A stretch of 63,499 nt of DNA, counting the filler, from Choristocarpus tenellus KU-1152 (taxonomy: Eukaryota; Protista; Phaeophyceae): assembly GCA_964200185.2 (NCBI GenBank). It is 13 parts of 13 records of this genome, joined end to end, with 100 filler letters (N's around TTAATTAATTAA, not from the genome) between each part and the next. Parts side by side here need not be neighbours in the genome. Positions count along the whole stretch, not along the records: positions 23,825 to 27,611 come from CAXNAD020017923.1; positions 27,712 to 30,285 come from CAXNAD020026646.1; positions 30,386 to 33,071 come from CAXNAD020025657.1; positions 33,172 to 38,955 come from CAXNAD020009763.1; positions 39,056 to 46,659 come from CAXNAD020005885.1; 8 more parts are not named here. One strand, 5' to 3'. Both the position numbers and the translations under genes were made by a program. Shown piece after piece: positions 26,263-39,195 of this stretch. Position 1 is the first letter of the stretch. Every line of letters starts with the position of its first letter. Below the pieces are notes generated by a model, which was not told where the DNA came from, did no database searches, and worked only from the letters and a program-made list of their open reading frames with translations.

Positions 26263-27591
26263 TCAGCTTGTCTTTAGCCTTGCTTTCTTTCGCTTGAGAT
26301 TAATCATCCCCTCCTGCTTGTGGAGTGCACAAACCACTGGACGCATACCCCCATCAAGCCCAAAGCTTGGCTGGCGACCACACCCAGGCTCTTGGCACCT
26401 TGCACTCTTGATGTTGATCATACCCTCTGCTTTGTGCTCACAGCAAAATGTTGCTCGCACTGCCCCCTCATGACCAAAGCTTGGCTGACGCATGCACCCC
26501 TGAGATTTGCAGCGGGCATTTTTGACATCCACCATGCCTTCCATTCGATGACCTGCACAGAAAGTTGGACGACGATCCCCTGGGTTGCCATAGCTGGGGA
26601 CACGGGCACAGCCAGAATACTGGCACAATGGACCCTTCACCATTACCATGCCTGCCCCAGGCTTCTTGTGCACTACGCAACAGGTTGCAATTGTTGTTCC
26701 AGGTTGCCCATATACTGGGTAGTTAGTGCACCCACTGCTTGAGCATCGGGGTGCCTTGACATTCACCATCGAGGGTGTCTTGTGGTTTACACATGTCTCA
26801 GCCTCCCCACCTTGAAGCCCAAAACTTGCTGTCCTCTCACAGCCTACACTTCGGCATGGAGTACCCACCTCCTTGAGGTTCACCATGCCCTGCTCCTTGT
26901 GTTTTTCGCATGCCCTAGACGCTGAGCCCTCCCAACCGTACAATGGCATCTCTGGACAGCCAACTTCAAGACATGGAGGGAGTGAAGAATTGACAGCACC
27001 CACCCAGTTGCTATTCAACCCAAGACCTCTACGTACATCATTTCTTCCATCCCCCAGTCCCATAGATAGTCCAGCTCGTTGAACTGGTCCTGCCCCAGGG
27101 TCCACTCCCGATACCAATCCTTCATTTCGTCCCAAACATAGCCATTGCCCTGTCCGGTGCCCTGGCATGGGCCTCGGACCCAACTCATGTACCAGCCACT
27201 GAGGTGTCCCCACCCCCACTTCAGTGTCTGTCAAATGGCTAGGAAAGATACCTGTGGATACAGGAGCAACCCCTGGCCCAACCCCAGCCACCTGTGGTTG
27301 GGACTCCAACAGGTGATGTTGTGCCCTGGAATGGTTGCTGGGAAAGTAGTTATCGACAGGGAAAAATTGGTGTGCCAAGGACTGTTGTTGGGCAGGAGAG
27401 ACCATCATTGATGAGGACGAATCAAAAAAAAGCTGTGACGAGGGGGGAGTGGAAGCAGGTATGGAGGAGGCAGATGATGGGAGAGAGGAAGTAGTTGGCA
27501 GCGCATCAAGTAGGTCAAGAGACTCGTGGTCATGGCTGGAGCCTGAGCTATCAATCACCCTCAGCATATTGCTGTGGGGTGGATTAGGCAC
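26263..27591 (-). CDS. EsV-1-7 cysteine-rich repeat protein (probably 5'-truncated by the contig end)
   Basis: 442-aa ORF with a S/P-rich low-complexity N-half, then six ~37-aa repeats CxxxGCxxxP(S/x)(F/Y)G..G......C..HK..GMVN(V/L)K and a basic tail KRKKARLK. Confidence 0.9.
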   Translation of the reverse strand: MPNPPHSNMLRVIDSSGSSHDHESLDLLDALPTTSSLPSSASSIPASTPPSSQLFFDSSSSMMVSPAQQQSLAHQFFPVDNYFPSNHSRAQHHLLESQPQVAGVGPGVAPVSTGIFPSHLTDTEVGVGTPQWLVHELGPRPMPGHRTGQWLCLGRNEGLVSGVDPGAGPVQRAGLSMGLGDGRNDVRRGLGLNSNWVGAVNSSLPPCLEVGCPEMPLYGWEGSASRACEKHKEQGMVNLKEVGTPCRSVGCERTASFGLQGGEAETCVNHKTPSMVNVKAPRCSSSGCTNYPVYGQPGTTIATCCVVHKKPGAGMVMVKGPLCQYSGCARVPSYGNPGDRRPTFCAGHRMEGMVDVKNARCKSQGCMRQPSFGHEGAVRATFCCEHKAEGMINIKSARCQEPGCGRQPSFGLDGGMRPVVCALHKQEGMINLKRKKARLKTS

Positions 27592-28739
27592 TATACCATG
27601 TGTGTGTGGGGNNNNNNNNNNNNNNNNNNNNNNNNNNNNNNNNNNNNNNNNNNNNTTAATTAATTAANNNNNNNNNNNNNNNNNNNNNNNNNNNNNNNNN
27701 NNNNNNNNNNNCACACCTTTTCAATACATAAACATTTTACCTACTCCGAAATATTTTGGAGTAGGAAAATGTCAGAAAAAACCCCGAGGGAAGCCAAGTC
27801 CCAAATGGACAAACAGGTCAAAACCCGTACCCTCTAAGGTACTTGCACTCAAATCGGAGTTCCCCCTTTTGGGGTTCCACACGCGCGTACATTGCTCGCA
27901 TTGATTAAAGCGCGAGAAGAAACACTCACGCTATTCGCCTGTAACAATAGAAGATGTCGTTATTGAATATTTAGAGCGAAGATGGAGGAAAGTTGCGGAG
28001 ATAGTTGGTCATCTACACGGATGGGACAGGTCCGAGTGAGCACACGCTTTCTCATTGTGGTACCCAGGACCGCAAGGCAGTCCAGTCTAAGGGGCGTGAT
28101 TGCGTGTTGACCAAAATCTTCTACTAAAGTGACTGTAATAAAGAAATAGCACATAAACTATAATTCGGAGTGGAACATTATACAGATTGTCTTATCAATC
28201 TTTTTGTTAAATAACAACTTTTCCCGGACACTTGGAATTTTGAAGTACGCCACACATATAAATTGTAGACATGTTGCTTATACTACGTCCATCATGGAAC
28301 GGGAAAAATAGCTGACAATGTCTGCGCCTTATTCCTCCCACCTTCGTTCCTCCTAGACTGAAACCGGTACCAACCACCCACAAATCTTCTGGCAGTACGT
28401 ACGTCAACAAAAAGCGGTGGGGTGAGGGATCCATAATTTATGCAATCTTCACTGAAAGACGTTTTGTGGATGCTGGTAGGAGTCTGCGTTTAGCCCATTC
28501 TCCCTTCGTTTGGCCCATCAGCTTATGTTGTACTCCTGCAATTACATGATCCCTCACAAACACAACATGCTTTGGCATTCAAACAAAATATGATTTTAAT
28601 CCCCCTACATAACCATCCCTTATCACCTCCCTTATCACTCCAGTTTATCTCGTATCAGGCAGGGCCTGACTTGATGAGCACCTCGATCCACCATGCTCTC
28701 AATACTTTCTTAAAACAGTCTTGCATGCACGTAAGCAAT

Positions 28740-29110
28740 GACCAAATCGTTTTCTTGCATCTCCAGTTGGACAACTGCTCAACATACTTACTGTCGAGTC
28801 CTTCAGCCATTCTTCCTGCCGTGTAACAGCTATCATTTTATTTGTACTGTGCTTAGTCACATGTGCAACAACTCTACCTAAACCAGCATCCCCCATAAAA
28901 TTTTCACTCTGGTCTACTAGCACATACATTCATTTTTGAGATATTGCTGCTCTTAAATAAATATCATTATCTCACTGAGGGAGAACAAGGGCCACTACTT
29001 TTTGGCGTGTGTATTGCCCTCCTGGAGGCAGGAGGAGTAATCAAGATGGTTAATGCACACTTTATGCCGGTGGGAGACCCCCATGTAAAGATTGACCTTT
29101 TTTTCTCTTG
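28740..29110 (+). pseudogene. Decayed DUF7869-type putative transposase
   Basis: LHLQLDNCS, then ~190 bp of unrelated sequence, then RENKGHYFLA and (after a frameshift) VNAHFMPVGDPHVKIDLFFS. This matches the LQxDNC..ENKN / FLPVGHTHxxID..FS motif series. Confidence 0.65.
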
Positions 29111-29169
29111 GCGAGTGTATCAGTGCATGTATGTGTCACATCCAACCCGAAGTGGACAAACCACCTACA

Positions 29170-29900
29170 TGCCGTAATGCTCCGTCCAAACCCTGCTCTT
29201 CAGAGATGCAAAACCCACCAAATCATTGATGTTGAGATCCAGTGACTGTGCTGGCTGCATCATGAGCTTTATGTTCCATCCCTCCTCCATCCCTTCTTCG
29301 TTCAGCTTCCGTACCATGCCCTTGCATGTATGCGGGGTCGTGCCACCCTGCTGTATGGATCCCCCCCCTGTTTCCACGGCATTTTTTCCTTGATCGCTGG
29401 CAACAGCTGCTCCATATACTACTCCAGGTACCACTTGGCATCAACGGTGACATCGACCTCATACTCCTCACCCTTTATGTGCTGCGCTGTAGTCTGTTGC
29501 GCCTCCTTCGTGACGCAAACCTACCAGATCCCAATCTTGCTGTCAAAATCATTGAAAGGATCCGACCACGAAATGGCGGAGATGAACATCTCTCTGGGAA
29601 TGTGACTCTTGTGTTGCACCTTTGTTGAGTCCACCTTTTCCTCCCCCGGAAACATACGCATCATCTCTCGTTCATGGATGAGGTAGAACCACGCCTAGTC
29701 GATGTGAATGTTGTTGAGGCCAGTCCTGCAGGTGTTGTGGTTGCAGGAGATCTGGTTGAGGATGAAGTCCTCTCTCTGTTCTTCTTCTTGCGACAAAATG
29801 AAAGGCTAGGGGAGACGCGCCGCTAAACTAGGGGAGACGCGCCCTAAACACTTGTTACCCCCATGGCTTCGAGCCAGTGATGAAGCTTTGAGCTGTCAAC
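29170..29900 (-). pseudogene. Decayed mariner-like transposase (plant/oomycete DD39D-like type)
   Basis: Fragments HID*AWFY, FDSKIGIW and QQGGTTPHT...EGWNIKLMMQPAQSLDLNINDL.GFASLKS, with multiple frameshifts. Confidence 0.75.
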
Positions 29901-30480
29901 TGTTAGGCCCGCTTCGGCGAGTTTGGCGGAAAGTTGGTTGATAGTCAGTATGCGATTTCTGGTATTGGTTTCCCAGATATTAGCTTGTATCGTTGGTGTA
30001 AAGTCCGACGATCGTCCAGATCATGCTTATGATTTCAGGGAGATGGCATTCCCCCTGTCTAACTGTTCTTTGACACGGTCCCACACCCGTCTAGGATGTG
30101 TCTCTCTCCCACTCCAAACTCTTTCGCCAATTTAGACCACACACCCCTCGGGAGCCTCTCGTGACCTGAAGGAAGAGCCCATGCGTAACGCAGAGCAAGT
30201 GTAGTTCGACCTTCATCGGTAAGCTCGCAGTTCTTTCTCTGAGATGGTGGGCTTCATACTGGGGATGACGGGTGTTAAAGTATCCNNNNNNNNNNNNNNN
30301 NNNNNNNNNNNNNNNNNNNNNNNNNNNNNTTAATTAATTAANNNNNNNNNNNNNNNNNNNNNNNNNNNNNNNNNNNNNNNNNNNNACGTTGGGTTGGCAC
30401 TTGCAGAGAAGTTTGGAGTGTCCGAGCGTTACATGTGAGGGCTCTGGGAGGACGTCGCTGATCAGCTCGCCCGTGGCCAC

Positions 30481-31435
30481 ATGCTTGACCTAGGGGTGGC
30501 GGCACGTAGTGGGTGGCCTTCAGAGCCCACACCGACCAAGATGGCCGCAATACGTAGTATCAACTCCGATAATCGGTCATCCACAATGCGTCAGGTGATA
30601 ATGAAGATGGCCGCCAAGGGGCTGAGCACCACAAACAGGTGGTTGGATGATTTGGGGTCCATGCTGAATCGCCGTTGGATCAAATCCAAGCTTAAATCAT
30701 GGCAAAAGGTATGGAGAATGAACTTTGTTTGCGATCAAGTGGACCGGAAACGTGGTGTGTACGCCTCCATGGCGAACATGATCCATGTGGGTGAAACCTG
30801 GTTTTACGTGATGGCTGATGGGGAAAGGGTTAGGGTATTTCCGCATGAGGATGATAGTGACCTTCCAAGGTCTTCTACTGTGCAGCTCAAGAGTCATATC
30901 CTTAAAATCATGATCATTGCAGCCAACGCTTGCCCAGACTCGGCTCACAGCTTTGATGGAAAGCTTGGTGTTTGGCGTGCGTGTGTGCGCCAAAAACGGC
31001 AGACAGGACAAGCAAGAACCATAAAAAGGGGGATGTATATGAGCACGACTGTACTTTAGACCATTTGTGGTACAGGAGGTGGTACACGGAGGAGTTACTG
31101 CCTGCAATCAAGACCAAGATGCCTTGGTTGTAGGGGAAGCACGTTGTCGTTCAGTAAGACGATGCCACCCCCCACACGGGCAAGGGCAAGTCAGAAATCT
31201 TGTCAGGGGCAGGGAAGACTGAGGGGTGGTCGATTAGGCTTGTGACGCAGCCATCTAATTCCCCCGACCGCAATATCATGGGCCTATGCTTCTTCAGGTC
31301 TCTGCATGCTGGGTGATGGGGGAGCCGGTTTGGGTCTGTCAAGGAGATGGTGAAGGTCATTAAGAAACAATATGAGGAGTATGATGAAGCCACACTTGAG
31401 AGGGCTTGGCAGTTCCTTTTTGTGGTGTACAATCT
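30481..31435 (+). pseudogene. Decayed mariner-like transposase (DD39D/40D-like)
   Basis: IHVGETWFY...KIMIIAANACPD...FDGKLGVW, then LLPAIKTKMPWL*GKHVVVQ*DDATPH...LVTQPSNSPDRNIMGLCFFRSL. Contains stops and a frameshift. Confidence 0.85.
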
Positions 31436-32122
31436 GTGCAATATAGGCTGGTAGTCTATATGGTTTACATGTGTTTAGTGGCCACTACTAGACAACAGAT
31501 ATGTTTACTAAGTGGAACAAGTGTCATTGACTTGTTTTCGTGTGGTTAGACTAATAGGTTCGAATTCAGATGATTGATTTCTTATTACTTGATATAAACG
31601 GATTGACGGAGGATTACTGACGTAGTACTAGCTACACAGGATAAGTGACATAGTACGACCAACGGCAGGACACATTTTGATGTGTCAGCTGATGTGTCAG
31701 CTTACGTGTGCATTAAGAAAATAAGATAGAGCACCCCCCCCCACCTCAAGGGATTGTGCTCACTCCGCTAATAAACAAATCCATACCACACAAAAGCAAA
31801 GTACTCTATTTGAGTAGCTGTCTTTTGCAAACAATCAAGTACTTTGATACAAAGGGGGGGATGACTTCAGTGTGGAGTACAAAGGGGTAAGGAAGAGGCA
31901 GTTGTATGGCGAGTTTGAAAATGTGCCAAAGGTAGACATGGAGGCCTTTTCTGTGGCTGAATTGTGATGGATGGGGAGTAATAATTATAGAACGAGCTGA
32001 CCCTAACCAGAAATTCGTCATGGATTCCAAATTTTCTTTCAAAAATGAATTTCATAAACATTAAAAAAAGTTATGGACAGACTTATGACACAGAGGTAGT
32101 AGTATATTGTTACTACTTAAAT

Positions 32123-32170
<48 letters not shown>

Positions 32171-32751
32171 AATAATAAAAATACTAGTCTGATGATCTCA
32201 AACTCGTGGTAGAGATTGTAAAGGAGAGGAATCTAAAACTGTAGTAGATGTGGAAGAAATATGCCACAAGAAAAAGAAAAAACGATACAGAAATAATGTA
32301 AAAAATATTATGTCCACAACACTTCCTCACAGTTTCCGTCGTTCACATCAAACACTCGGTGGTGCCATTTGCTGTCCAACGTCCTTTGACCCGTAAGCAG
32401 TCGTGGTCATTATTCTCTGTAACTTCTGATATCTTGGATGATGGTTGGGGCCATTTGGTGTGTAATTTAATCGTCCAGGACAAACAAAGCCATTATTTGG
32501 TCGGTAGCAACATCGGCTCATCAACAAATTATCGAGCTCAATCACTCTGCAACACCCATAATCCAGTCAGCAGTCATAGCCATTCCCTCTATGCTGTTTG
32601 CCGAAATCTGCTGTTTGTTGCGTGTAAGGCTGCTTGTAGAACGTTGAGTTGTATTATAGGGCTGGTACGTTACGTTTTCCTGGGTGTGTACAAGTTAGAA
32701 AACCACGTCACTGGCTCTTTTTTCTCTCGCTCACTGCACAAGCAGAGTACT

Positions 32752-33009
32752 GAGCCAAAGTAAACGAGAGGTACCCAGGTTTCGCCCGTTTTGCATTTTA
32801 AGACAATTTTTTCAATCTTTTCAACCCACCCATCATTCTTTTATGGTCGAAGTGCTAAGTTTGACATCGGACTATTGATTTCTCTCCTTGAAACTTTTCC
32901 GCGAAATTCAGAAACATTCTAATAAGCATTTGTAAAAAAGTCAAATTTTGGACATACTCGTCAGCTTGCTTAAAATGCAATTCTGGGCACCTCTTATTTA
33001 CTTTGACTC
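32752..33009. mobile_element. MITE subfamily A3
   Basis: TIR GAGCCAAAGTAAACGAGAGGT / ACCTCTTATTTACTTTGACTC, flanked by ACT/ACT. Related copies near 59300-60068 (inverted, split), 60785-61060 and 62430-62690. Confidence 0.75.
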
Positions 33010-33631
33010 ACTGACGGACCAAAGTATCTGGGGGGGGGGGGGGGGGGGGGGGGGCACCCCCACATCCCTTTNNNNNNNNNNNNNNNNNNNNNNNNNNNNN
33101 NNNNNNNNNNNNNNNTTAATTAATTAANNNNNNNNNNNNNNNNNNNNNNNNNNNNNNNNNNNNNNNNNNNNCCCCCCCTCCCGGATACTTTGGGTCTTTC
33201 TCATCTCGTCGGGCATCGATCCCTAGCAAAATTAATGATCGTTCAGTTTCATACATCACAGATCATACCGCAAATGATACTCCGGTCGTCGTTAGCTACC
33301 ATTATATGCTAGCTCACCCCCCCCTTTGTTCCGTTCATATCAGTGCTATACTAGATGGTGTCTTGCATTTATAACGTGCAGAGGGAAGGTATTTGCAAGT
33401 ACATTTGCTCTATTCGATATCAACTAAACTTGGAGGGTAAGCATTGCCTGTTCAAGCAGTAGTCCAGCCCTCCCTAGGTGTTGACAAAATGCTTCTGGAC
33501 AGTAGTATCATAGCTGCTTTTGGGCGAAGGTTGGATTGGTAAGAAGAAAGAACACTTTTTGGGCGCACAGCTCGCATTCCAGTACTCACAAAATTTCTCC
33601 TATACCCGTGTAGTTTATCCATCGCCTATCA

Positions 33632-33892
33632 GACCCAAAGCATTTAAGAAGGTAGGAGTTTTGTCCTGTTTGTCGGTTCGGGGTTTGGATTCCCACGGGT
33701 TTTTTATGCCCTTTTTCGGTTTTCTGTGTGAACACAGTTACCTAAAATGTATACGACTATGAAAGGTTTGTCCGGAGCAAGGATATTGACACTTGCTAAC
33801 TAATACGATAGCCAAAATTAATCAAAATCGCAACATTGAAGATGTTATAATCCTAAACCGAAAGACCTTTAACCTCTGAAATACTTTCACTC
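33632..33892. mobile_element. MITE subfamily A2
   Basis: Homologous to 2453-2720. Termini GACCCAAAGC / TACTTTCACTC. Confidence 0.75.
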
Positions 33893-34259
33893 TGAACAAG
33901 AAAAAACGACGGCTTAAATAGATCAAAATTGAAGTAAGACTATGCACAAGTCACTGACCAGTAATAACCTCCAGTTTGATATAGTCCGCAAATTCTCAAC
34001 GAATCAATACAAATACTCAACTTATGATAAGAGGGAACAAAAAAATGTGGGGGGGGACAACAATCATATCAAAATGTACGCATATTGTAACGTCAAACAA
34101 TCGACGCTTCAAAGGAGGTGCTGGTGACATGTTCAGCACTGACATCAAAATACTCAATCCAAAGTTATTTTCTGTTCGTTGGTCAAGGTGTTGGCACGCG
34201 TTTTGGACCTGTTGTAGCAATGTCCGGGTTACAAGTGCAAAGTTGGGTCAATTCGGGAT

Positions 34260-34562
34260 TGTGCAATTTACCTTGGGAGGTAATGCTATTTATCAGTAGT
34301 GAACACAAGAAGATGTGAAGCCTCACGCGATCCCCTTCGCTGAATGTGGAAAGAATGGATGGAATTAGAAGAGTGACCTTTGTGGGGTGTCTTCTAATTG
34401 CTTGTTTTATTATTTGTGCTTTATACGCAAGTCTATGGTTATGTCAAAGTAGTTGAATGCAGAATAAAAAACCCATACGTAATCCAGATATACGTACTAT
34501 CTCATTAGTTACATCTCTCATACACAATATAAGGTACACCTCACTATTGTCCTATTTGGACA
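34260..34562 (-). mobile_element. Copia solo LTR
   Basis: TG...CA termini and a perfect 5-bp TSD GGGAT. Reverse-complement homolog of the LTR at 48072-48400. Confidence 0.9.
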
Positions 34563-36152
34563 GGGATTGTCAGCACTCCCCAAATTAGGCGCGTGAAGAA
34601 GGTTTCGGTCCAAATGGTTTCTCAACGAAGCACTATCGATGTTGGTCAGATTCATCCTTGTAGGGTGAAAATTTGAGTGTTAGCTTCAAAACACAGCATG
34701 TTTTATGTGATAGTATTTTTTTAATGCAGGGAGGGGTAAGTGATGCTCACAACGGGTCTCTCTGTGTAAGCTTGTTAGTGTAAATATATCACGTATGAGG
34801 TACGAAGGACGACCACATGCACCAAAAGAACGATTTGTATACTCGAGGCTTTGCATGTCGACGCAGGTTGAAGTTCGTGCAGGCGGAGTCATCCGTAAAA
34901 TCTTCAATGTGTGGGGTGACGAACGTTTCGCTCTGTCTGATATGCCCTTACATGATAGAACTTAAATTTTAATATTTTCGTGTGTGTGTTGTAGCAGTAA
35001 CTATTATCATTTTTTTTAAACATTACAATGCTATGATTATTTCGTCTCCTATTCTAGCGTGGTCCATGGCATGCAGCATCCCTTGATCCTGTACTGACAC
35101 ACTATACGCCTAACACTCTCCCGTGTGACGTATTCCGGAATGTTTATGTGACACGGCGATAACACTAAGCGATATTATGTATACCCCAATAACAACGGCA
35201 ATCTAACTGCAAACAATTTGTACACGATCGTGTCCCAATGCATGCATCACAACCCTTCTCCCTCAACTCTTTGCGTTGCTCAGGCAATTAGGTCATTGAC
35301 ACACAGATAGCGAAACTGACACAAATGGAATACCCTCCCATACTTAGTACCACGGTTCCAAATCTCAAGGCGACTAAATCTACAACAGGTAACACCTAAT
35401 CCACACCTCGTTGAAACAGCAACAACCGCCCAACCCCAAAAAATCTAAACAAGGTCGACTTCCTTCATAACTTCAAACAGTCTACACGGATCCAAGCAAC
35501 GAGCACACGTCCGAAGTGTAGAATATACTACACCCTATAAAAAAAGCACCGACCCTTCATGACAAAAAACAATCAAATGCATCGTTCTTGCAACACTTGG
35601 CCGGGGCCCAAATGGACACCCCAGTCCAGACTGCACCCCCCCCCCCTAGATACTTTGGGTCTCTGTTGGCGATGTTGTAGACGCAAAAGTCATTCACATA
35701 TGAAAACTGGCACGTCAAATAGGCAACGAGCTAGTGTAGAACATAATGGAATTGTCTACTGACGGGGGGAGATGGTGTTGGCAAAGGCGTTTCTCAACAA
35801 TGCCTGTCACAACAACTTCTGTCTTTAGAGTCCCTGGTTTTGGAGGAGCATTATGGACAAAGGTGGAACCTGACCTGGCGTTCTTGTCTGCATCCTACCT
35901 TACTTGTAAGCTTAGAAGTGGGTGAGGAGGACCTTTTTAGTGTTTACCAAGAGAACGACCTTGAGCTCACCATTTAGCATTCTAATTATCGCCAAACCAT
36001 ACTATGGTCAAGTTTTAGACCACGTGCAACATGCAATCAAACTATGTTTCTGGATTACTAGACTATCATGAGAACCCTGAAGTTCGGGGTTGATGTGGCA
36101 GGAAATAAACACGAATTGTTTTGAAGAGTGGGGCATTCTGCTTCAGAGTTGA

Positions 36153-36395
36153 GGGTCAAAATACCTTAGAGAGTAGAGCCCCGTCCGTTTGGTTGCCAAA
36201 ATTAAATGCTGCGAATTTTATGTAATTTTGGCTATCATGTTTGTTAGGAAGTGTCAATATCCTTATTCCGGACATACACATGATACCTACTCTGAAATAT
36301 TTTTGAGGAAGAAAATGTCATAAGAAAACGGTGGGAAGACAAGCCCCAAAGAGACAAACAGGGCGAACCTCGTACGCTCTAAGATACTGTCACTC
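36153..36395. mobile_element. MITE subfamily A2
   Basis: Homologous to 9090-9348. Confidence 0.75.
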
Positions 36396-36955
36396 TAACA
36401 ATTTGATGAAGACACCTGGTAAGGGTCCTTCAATAACTAAAGTAGAGGTATAAACATTGAAACTTTGAATACCTTTCAACAACACATTTTCTTAATGTAT
36501 ACATTGATACTGATCATAATATTCGGGATATTTGGAAATTTTGGCTTACCCTCCCAAACTCCATTGCTCTATCAACTTGGAACAAGGTGCAAACACATAA
36601 TCTAGGACAAGAAGAATGCAATGACCTTAGAGTCCCCCTAAAGTACACACGTCCTAGCGAACAGAAAGATCTCATAGAATACCCAGAGAAAAAAGACCTT
36701 CCAGTATAAGAGGAGTGTGGGCACAAACTCGTACCTACTTGAAGTGCAAACCTCCACCTCTTCACTTTTTTCCTTTTCAACAGGCAAAGGAAAAACCTCT
36801 GTTCGACTCATATTCCCCACGTTGCTCTCCTGATTTATGATGGTTGTGACATCTATTTGCATCTCCAGGTTCCATTTCAAGTGAGTCGAACGAACCACTC
36901 GAGAGGTAGGCAGACTTGAACCCTTTTGCATTCTTGGTAATCTTTCTTACTGTGT

Positions 36956-37150
36956 GAGCCATCCATTTGGCAAACAACCCTTTGAGTTCTGGCAAGACAA
37001 AGCACATTGATGTACGGCATCATTTCTTGAGGGACTTGGTAGCAAATGGACAAATAAGGGTTGTTCACGTTAGCTCAGATCAGCAACATGCAGATATCTT
37101 GTCCAAGCCTTTAGCAGAAATATCTTTTTGGAGGCATGCGGGGGCTTTGC
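36956..37150 (+). pseudogene. Ty1/Copia RNase H C-terminal fragment
   Basis: AIHLANNPLSSGKTKHIDVRHHFLRDLV...VHVSSDQQHADILSKPL. Confidence 0.9.
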
Positions 37151-38359
37151 TAATTCAGACTATGTTTAGTGTTTTGTTTCTTACCAAATTTGATCGTGTT
37201 TATTTGGATTTATTTCTTTTCAGTGAATTCAATAGCTGGTTGTTTTCTTGACATACAGGATTGACCTGAGGAGTCTCCTAGGATCCATAATTTTTNNNNN
37301 NNNNNGGTGTTCGATTAGACCCTTCCAACTCTATCGGACAGTTACGTGGACAGTTACAGAGTAACGGAACAATCAATTAGTGGTTTAGTTATCAGAACAT
37401 TAACTAGTGACAGTTGAAGGAGAATGTTTCTCATGTAAAAGGAAATATTTATGATATTATGGGGACTTACATGCCCCACCTAAATTTAATCAATCACTCT
37501 ACAGACACCAAGAATCTCGCCGGGTTTATCACCTTTACCCTCTTTGATAATTTTGGGGATACTTTAACAGAACGCACTTGATGCAAGTTCCGAAGTAACT
37601 TGGATGACGTGTGCTATGGTGTTCCTGTGTGTGATGTGGATCAACTGAATATCAACTGGTGCTATACTTCTATCTACTGTCATCGATGTGATGATGAATT
37701 GGAATGCGCAATAAATAAATGAACACTATCAACCAGTGCACCAATCAACAGTCTGTACAAGCTGGTAGTATGTGTATCATATCAACAAGAAACAAATGAG
37801 TAGCCTATGTTTCAACAGAAGAACACTGCGGAGAATGGAAGTACTGACGGGACGTTGAACATGTTCGTAGATAGTGCTGCTGATACACGTAGACACCACC
37901 GGTGGATATTATATTAGGATGGAGAGCCAGTGACAGATATATAGTATGTACTGACTCATAGTGTTCATTGATTTTTTTATCATGTTCAAGATAAAGTTTC
38001 TATACTTAGGACAAGTAAATACGTGACTCATAGTAAATAAGTGTGGAGGATTACAAACCTCGCACTATAGAAATAATAATGGTAGTCTAGGTTAGAGTCT
38101 TACCCACATAATTAGTCAGCGGAATCGATACCATAAGGCCCCTTGTAATATTAACTTTGCTCATCTACATTAAGCTGTTCTTTGTCCTTCATTAAAGCAC
38201 CATAAAGCCGCGGGTTCAGTGTGGGATACTTCAACACGCTACGTAGCGTAACGATTACTCCTGGGACGTGCGAACTGTTGAAACCTGAATCGAATGCATT
38301 TTATATGTGGCAGATCGCGAGGATAGGAGGTTGAATGCTGCTATGGGGACAAGAGTGAC

Positions 38360-38720
38360 AGAGCTCGAGTAACATGTATCCCCTCATCATGACCTACTTT
38401 GAAGTTAAGGTCGAGTAAACCATGTCCCTTGACAGGTGAGGATGTACCGTCAGTCACTGCCATTTTGCGACCTTCAGGACAGGGCCAATAATTGTACATG
38501 TTAGTCTGATCACAATCTCCTCTTTTCTTCTTTGCTGACCCCTGCCCTGGTTCAGCCAATACTTCCGCCTATTTACGTGAGGTCGCCCTCCCCTGGTGAC
38601 AAACCTACTGCAGGTGTCCTTTTTGCCCACAGTTGAGACACAGTCCTTCGAATGAACAAAGACTAGCAAGCTTAATCTGTTCACAAATGAAACATCTTTC
38701 TCGATTCCTGATCTCATACC
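38360..38720 (-). pseudogene. Ty1/Copia gag zinc-knuckle/protease-region fragment
   Basis: CFIC...CLNCGQKGH knuckles, followed in another frame by MAVTDGTSSPVKGHGLLDL. Confidence 0.65.
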
Positions 38721-39195
38721 TGGCATGGGATCCTGTCGTACCAGTGTTCGCACAATGACTAGTCGTGCTGTAGCCACCTCCTCGGTTAGCCTTAGGTGTC
38801 TTCACAGTAAGAGCGCTCTTAGGCTCTCCACGTTTTACTTCTCCCTTTCAAGGAAAAAATAGTCTGAACTGGCAGCATGTTGTGTCGTTGCTCTCGTCCT
38901 GGCTCAAAGTACCTTGGGGGGGGGGGGAGGGATCTACACCAGGGGGTCCATTCGGNNNNNNNNNNNNNNNNNNNNNNNNNNNNNNNNNNNNNNNNNNNNT
39001 TAATTAATTAANNNNNNNNNNNNNNNNNNNNNNNNNNNNNNNNNNNNNNNNNNNNGCAATTGAATACATTGAAGAATGAAAAAAAAAAACCCATGAGTTC
39101 TAGTTCTGAGATCTGATGTCTCAGATCGCGTTGGTATTGCTCTCTCAAATCTTGGCTCTTAGAAACTCAACCATAATCCTAACCCTATCCCTAAG

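Noticed and set aside
33015-33197. Single MITE spanning the spacer, implying contigs 7 and 8 are adjacent
   Set aside because: Many contigs end in this MITE, so complementary halves can meet by chance. Flanks show no TSD.
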